Below are positions 31,983 to 34,951 of a stretch of DNA of 34,951 nucleotides, in pieces. Positions within the stretch are counted from its first letter, which is position 1. Every line of letters begins with the position of its first letter. Source of the stretch: a virus. Lineage: Duplodnaviria; Caudoviricetes. The stretch covers positions 1 through 34,951 of the IMG/VR virus record IMGVR_UViG_3300029318_000042; one strand, written 5' to 3'. The position numbers were made by a program, and so were the translations under genes. The notes under the pieces were generated by a model that was not told where the DNA came from, did no database searches, and saw only the letters and a list, made by a program, of their open reading frames with translations.

Positions 31983-34951
31983 TGCAGAAATAAATGTCGT
32001 AATAGAAAATGCGGGGACGATAGACGTCAGCAAGCCCGCAAGCTGCTCTATTACGGTAGCTGATGCTGAGGTTACATGCATTGACCTAACTCAGACTACT
32101 GAGACGGCATGTGTTGCAACTCAGAACGATGTATCCGTAACCATAGAGTGTCCCGTTCCTACGGAGTCTGAGGTGATCACCGTCTCAGAGGATCTCTGTG
32201 CGGTAGCTATATCTGTAGACCCTTCTACGTTCATCGACGTAAACTCCTTTGATGGGGTGGTCGTAGGACCTATTGGTCCTCAAGGTGAGAGAGGCCCTAC
32301 GGGACCTACGGGTGCTAGAGGACCTACAGGCCCCGCAGCTGATCCTGGCCCAAGAGGAGAGACTGGTGCTGGTGGTGAGCAGGGGATTCAAGGGCCCCAG
32401 GGCCCCACGGGTCCGCAGGGTCCTGCAGGCCCAAGAGGATTTGATGGACCTCAAGGTCCAGCGGGACCTACAGGAGCTGCAAGCACCGCCCCAGGTCCTA
32501 AGGGAGTCACAGGTCCAACGGGTGCTAGAGGTCCCACTGGAGCTGGAGCTACGGGCGCTCGTGGACCGACAGGACCAGGAGGTGGAGACAAAGGGGCTAC
32601 TGGTGCTACTGGTCCCACTGGTTCTAAGGGTGTTACTGGAGACAGGGGTCCTACAGGAGCTGGAACCACAGGACCTACTGGACCCACTGGTTCAAGGGGT
32701 CCTACAGGGGCAAGGGGCCCCACAGGTTCGGGTGCTACAGGCCCCACTGGCTCAAGAGGCCCTACGGGGTCTCGTGGCCCTACGGGGTCTCGTGGCCCGA
32801 CTGGTTCGGGTGCTACAGGTTCGAGGGGGCCCACGGGGGTAAGAGGTGTTACGGGATCAAGGGGCCCTACGGGTTCCGCATCAACTGCTCCAGGACCAAC
32901 TGGCGCAAGAGGTGCTACAGGATCGCGAGGCCCCACGGGAGTTGGGGTCACAGGGAGTAGAGGTCAAACTGGACCTACGGGGTCAAGAGGCCCCACAGGT
33001 GCTGGGGCCACAGGTCCCGCTGGTCCTACGGGTTCTCAAGGAGTGACTGGGTCTCGTGGTCAAACTGGACCCACAGGCGTTGGGGTTACGGGAAGTCGAG
33101 GACCGACTGGTCCTGCTGGAGCTACAGGACCTACAGGGCCAAATTCTTTCTGTACTGACCTTGTCATAGACAGGCAGATAGATGCATCTAACGAGTTCTA
33201 CCCCACTACTAGCGGAAACAATGATACTCAGGACGTAACAGAAACGGCCTACATATACGTACCGACAAACACCGCAGACGCGAACCTCTTTGATGCAATA
33301 GCAAGCGCAACGTCTTCTATCGATCTTGAGGCTGTTCTTCAGGTTACTGGAGATTTCGATAACAGTGGTACAGAGACGGTAGCGTACTTCAAGGTTTCTA
33401 CCATAGAAAGCGGCACGTACACAAACGCAATACCAAGCAACTCTAGCTTTACTGGATATAGGGTTTCTGTGTCTCACATATCAGGGTCCTCAACCTTGGA
33501 CTGGCATCAGACCAGCAGCAACACTTATCAGTTCTGCTTTGATTACTATGTCTGTTGCGGCAGCGCAACGGGCTCCGTTGGAGCAACTGGCCCTACTGGT
33601 GATCCTGGCCCTACAGGTGCTGACGGGACAACTGGTCCCACGGGAAATGACGGGGCAACAGGACCTGCTGGAGACCCAGCTGCAAACACTCTTTGCTTAG
33701 ACTTTAAGGGAGAGGACTCTACTAACGTTGTCTTTCAGTTTTCTTCGTCGCAGCCTGCTCAGTCGGCTGACCCAAACGAGCTTGAGCTGATTAAGATTTT
33801 AGATCAGGCTCTTGACACCGACTCACAGCAGCTGCTTGGAAATATTGTGAGCAGTGGTCTCGGAGGAACCATGGTGATCTACGAAGATCCAGGGGGCGCA
33901 AACGAAGAACAGTTTACGTATGAGTACGCAGCTGTAATAGACGCTGGGTCTCAGTTCGGGATCATGGGGCTTAGCTTTGTTTCTGGAAGCGCGGCAACCT
34001 TTGACACATACGGAGGCGGGCAAACCAACAACATAGATGTAAAGATTTGCTTTACGATAGGTATTTCACCTATTGGCAGAAGGTCTTTTGGGCTTGAATT
34101 CACCACGGGAACTGGCGGAAATCCTGGAGACGGAGAAATAAAGCTGATTACAGACGGAAACGGAACCGCTCCAGCAAACGTCACTAATATTAGACTCGAC
34201 GAGGACATGATGTTCTCTACGGGTAATCTATCTCTATCTGACGAGTTCGATGATATTGCATCTGTAAGAAAAGGGGCGATAAACATCAAGACCACAACGG
34301 GAACGATGAAGTACTCGTTCTCTAACGCGAGTTACACGTCTCCAACACTTGACCTAAATACACTCTCTCTTATTAGTGCTGGAGGAGTTACTGACGTTAC
34401 GTCTTTCTCTGGGGACATTGTATTTGTCCTGACTTCTACGACTGAGGGGTTGGCGGGTTCTGACGGAAGTACGGGGCCTACAGGACCTAAGGGCGCCACT
34501 GGAGACAGGGGTGTCACTGGTGTCGGAGTTACTGGTGACAGAGGTCCTACGGGAGCAAGGGGAGTTACGGGCTCTAGAGGTCCTACGGGAACCGATGGTA
34601 CTACAGGACCGACAGGGGTAAGAGGTGCTACTGGTGCAGATGGACCTTCGGGTCTTAGTGCGTATCAACAGTGGTTGGCGCAAGGAAACAGTGGCAATCA
34701 AGATGACTTTCTTGCTGACCTAGTTGGAGACAGGGGTGCTACTGGTCCAACGGGAGCAAGGGGTGCTACTGGTCCTGAGGAGACCCTTCAAACGGATATC
34801 AACGTATACCTGCCAGACGGAGGAAACTTCGGAAAGTTCTCTCACACAGACACCGTGGGTGCTACCGATGCGGGCGGAAACAAGTCAGCATTGGATATAA
34901 TAAAAGAAGCACTCATAGAGCTTGGATCGATACCCACGCCCTCCCTTTCGG
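31966..34951 (+). CDS. Collagen-like fibre protein (>995 aa, runs off window)
   Basis: Not in ORF track; frame open from ATG 31966 to the end; G-X-Y tracts rich in GPT/GAT/GVT, interleaved globular domains, [15 protein letters not shown] motif. Confidence 0.92.
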   Translation, partial: MSLSSNAEINVVIENAGTIDVSKPASCSITVADAEVTCIDLTQTTETACVATQNDVSVTIECPVPTESEVITVSEDLCAVAISVDPSTFIDVNSFDGVVVGPIGPQGERGPTGPTGARGPTGPAADPGPRGETGAGGEQGIQGPQGPTGPQGPAGPRGFDGPQGPAGPTGAASTAPGPKGVTGPTGARGPTGAGATGARGPTGPGGGDKGATGATGPTGSKGVTGDRGPTGAGTTGPTGPTGSRGPTGARGPTGSGATGPTGSRGPTGSRGPTGSRGPTGSGATGSRGPTGVRGVTGSRGPTGSASTAPGPTGARGATGSRGPTGVGVTGSRGQTGPTGSRGPTGAGATGPAGPTGSQGVTGSRGQTGPTGVGVTGSRGPTGPAGATGPTGPNSFCTDLVIDRQIDASNEFYPTTSGNNDTQDVTETAYIYVPTNTADANLFDAIASATSSIDLEAVLQVTGDFDNSGTETVAYFKVSTIESGTYTNAIPSNSSFTGYRVSVSHISGSSTLDWHQTSSNTYQFCFDYYVCCGSATGSVGATGPTGDPGPTGADGTTGPTGNDGATGPAGDPAANTLCLDFKGEDSTNVVFQFSSSQPAQSADPNELELIKILDQALDTDSQQLLGNIVSSGLGGTMVIYEDPGGANEEQFTYEYAAVIDAGSQFGIMGLSFVSGSAATFDTYGGGQTNNIDVKICFTIGISPIGRRSFGLEFTTGTGGNPGDGEIKLITDGNGTAPANVTNIRLDEDMMFSTGNLSLSDEFDDIASVRKGAINIKTTTGTMKYSFSNASYTSPTLDLNTLSLISAGGVTDVTSFSGDIVFVLTSTTEGLAGSDGSTGPTGPKGATGDRGVTGVGVTGDRGPTGARGVTGSRGPTGTDGTTGPTGVRGATGADGPSGLSAYQQWLAQGNSGNQDDFLADLVGDRGATGPTGARGATGPEETLQTDINVYLPDGGNFGKFSHTDTVGATDAGGNKSALDIIKEALIELGSIPTPSLS
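32266..33141 (+). repeat. Collagen G-X-Y coding repeats (further tracts about 33571-33675, 34447-34653, 34726-34776)
   Basis: 9-nt periodic GGN codons. Confidence 0.9.

Noticed and set aside
27007-34701. Minus-strand and alternate-frame ORFs over terL, portal and collagen (e.g. 32273..32842, 32451..32951)
   Set aside because: Frame or strand shadows of long intact genes
1-34951. Stop-codon reassignment, DGR, integrase/att sites, introns or inteins in RNR, helicase or TerL
   Set aside because: Genes are intact under code 11 with normal lengths; no RT, recombinase or splicing motifs seen

Overview
A 35-kb segment of a tailed dsDNA phage (Caudoviricetes, podovirus-like gene set). The host is very probably a Bacteroidota (likely a marine Flavobacteriales), since the promoters match TTTG-N20-TAnnTTTG and Shine-Dalgarno sequences are not evident. 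The window has two divergent arms split by a non-coding block at about 16.2-17.0 kb. The leftward (minus) arm opens with about 30 small, GC-rich early genes driven by four repeated host-type promoters. It continues with recombination and replication genes: DnaA-C-like HTH, SSAP, RecE-like exonuclease, SSB-like protein, DUF3310, primase-helicase, T7 endonuclease I-like resolvase, a PD-(D/E)XK nuclease, and a monomeric class II RNR that runs off the left edge. The rightward (plus) arm holds late genes: basic GG-motif proteins, a holin-like protein, an M15 endolysin, a tandem GroES, a TerS candidate, TerL, portal, and a >995-aa G-X-T collagen fibre that runs off the right edge. AT-richer glycosyltransferase, formyltransferase and DegT-aminotransferase genes are interleaved with them. 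Three real tRNAs (Arg-CCT, Ile-TAT, Arg-TCT) read the AGG/ATA/AGA codons common in the late genes. Most notable: (i) three tRNA top-half mimics (acceptor stem plus perfect T-arm, D/anticodon parts reduced or remodelled) and adjoining hairpin arrays punctuate the early transcripts; (ii) a candidate virion-glycosylation system paired with a BclA-like GPT collagen; (iii) a hidden 39-aa ArfA-like ORF; (iv) apparently leaderless TAnnTTTG-N4-ATG promoters. All functional calls come from motif recognition by eye; no searches were run.
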